Below, piece by piece: positions 62,673-64,000 of a DNA stretch of 64,000 bases (position 1 is its first letter; each line of letters opens with the position of its first letter). Origin of the DNA: Octopus sinensis (lineage: Eukaryota); assembly GCF_006345805.1 (NCBI RefSeq), contig NC_042997.1, positions 91,078,001 to 91,142,000 of the forward strand, read 5' to 3'. The notes beneath the pieces were generated by a model, which was not told where the DNA came from, made no database searches, and saw only the letters and a list, made by a program, of their open reading frames with translations. The position numbers were made by a program, and so were the translations under genes.

Positions 62673-64000
62673 TCATTTCTCTGAAGAGAAGATTACATTA
62701 AGATTATATACTTGCTCTGACGTGTAACCCCCACCAGGAATTATTTTCTTCAACTGCTCAAAATAATTAGCAGCAGCTTTTGTATCAGCACTGGCAGCTT
62801 CATTAGTCAATTTTAAGTTGTGCAAATTCAAGTGCTTCTTAACCCTTTCGTTACTATATTTCTGACCAAAATACACCCCTCATGAGTTTCAATTAAATTC
62901 TAAAATAATCATGAATCTAGGCTTGTTTCATTAAATAACTGTAACTTTTTTACTTATCAACATATTAATGTGATATTTGGAACATAATTAAAGAAAGGGT
63001 TCTTAATCAATTCTATTGCATAACTTTTGTCTCAAAGTGACTTTAATTACAGGTTAATCCAGGTAAATTGAGCAAAAGGTAAAAATATTAAAATTTTAAA
63101 ATGAAGAAAAGGTAAAAATATTAAAATTTTGTTTAAACATCACCATAGAAAATGAATCATCAGCTAATATTCAAATGGGTATGCAACAAAATTTTGATAA
63201 AGAAGAATTGTGCACATCACTATATCATCAGTTGAATTTAATGCACAACAGGTGTACCATAAAGGTGGAATAAACTGAAATATTGGAATCCACTGTAAGT
63301 TTGACCGAACTAAAGAAATCGGTCAAAAAATAATATACGGCCCTGGTTATGGTATGGAAGTGATAAATTCCAGACCACATCGTTCCCTAGACCATGCTGA
63401 CTAATATTATTTTCCCTGTATAAAAACTAAATCCACACAGTACCCAGTATTTGTTTCACAAATTTTCCGAAATTTGAACCTCCATTTTGTGTTTGTTTAC
63501 ATTCTGCGTAAGTTTGTTTCCGCATTGATCGCTTCAAACAATAACTTCCAGACCACATCATACCCTAAGCCATGCTGACTAACATTAGTTTCCCTGTATA
63601 AAAACTAAATCCACAACAGTACCCAGTATTTGTTTCACAAATTTTCCAATTCGGAATCAATGCTTGATAACATGAAACTCCTATCTATTTTCAAAGTTGA
63701 AGAAAAATCGATGCTGAAAAAAATCTCCCAAAATTCAGGGAATTAAAATTACACGTCAATCTTTGTACAAAACTGTAGATGAACTGTTTACGAAGCATAA
63801 TCACGTGTTTTCAAGAATGTACTAAAGAGATTTGCTCTGATATTCTCATTTAAATATGAATAGGTAAATTCGGGCGGGTTTGGTCACATTAACCAAAATT
63901 TTTTTCGAGCAGCTTTGGGCGGTTTGGTAACAAAAGGGTTAAACCTTTCAAACCAGTTTTTTCTAGCCAGAAAATAATTTTCATTAGAAGTTTCACCATC
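62673..64000 (-). pseudogene. Tigger/pogo transposase relic split by a piggyBac-type insertion
   Basis: Removing 62843-63942 (element plus one TTAA) joins NWFERF|KKHLNLHNLKLTNEAASAD...GGYTSEQVYN in one frame. Confidence 0.85.
62843..63938. mobile_element. piggyBac-type non-autonomous element (1096 bp) with internal duplications
   Basis: TTAA|CCCTTTCGTTAC ... GTAACAAAAGGG|TTAA; internal ~105-bp duplicate (63367-63470 vs 63545-63650). Confidence 0.85.

Overview
AT-rich, repeat-dense eukaryotic genomic DNA. The repeat families and intron sizes suggest an octopus or other cephalopod (inference from recognition, not a database search). Two convergent intron-containing genes are supported. (1) On +, the 3' part of an MNT (Max-network repressor) orthologue: a leucine-zipper exon at 27247-27436 and three S/T/P-rich exons ending at a stop at 40413. 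I could not find its SID or basic-HLH exons in the 27 kb upstream. (2) On -, Derlin-2: five coding exons between 57144 and 48609, with exon 1 not found in the window and a clear U12-type (minor spliceosome) intron. The rest is mostly transposon-derived: RTE LINEs whose RT region carries an in-frame PHD-type finger, tRNA-derived SINEs, a Penelope-like fragment, mariner and Tigger relics, Helitrons, and MITEs with piggyBac-, hAT- and Merlin-like ends, several with exact TSDs. The most notable signals are the U12 intron; an E-box/CRE/CCAAT cluster inside the MNT locus; a candidate ATG-ending first exon that could give a zipper-only MNT; several inverted-repeat pairs able to form dsRNA (editing or circRNA candidates); recurrent short local direct duplications; and a possible decayed ORF between the genes. 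No CRISPR, rRNA, tRNA or prokaryotic system was seen. I cannot claim a proven novel system: the regulatory ideas below are testable hypotheses.
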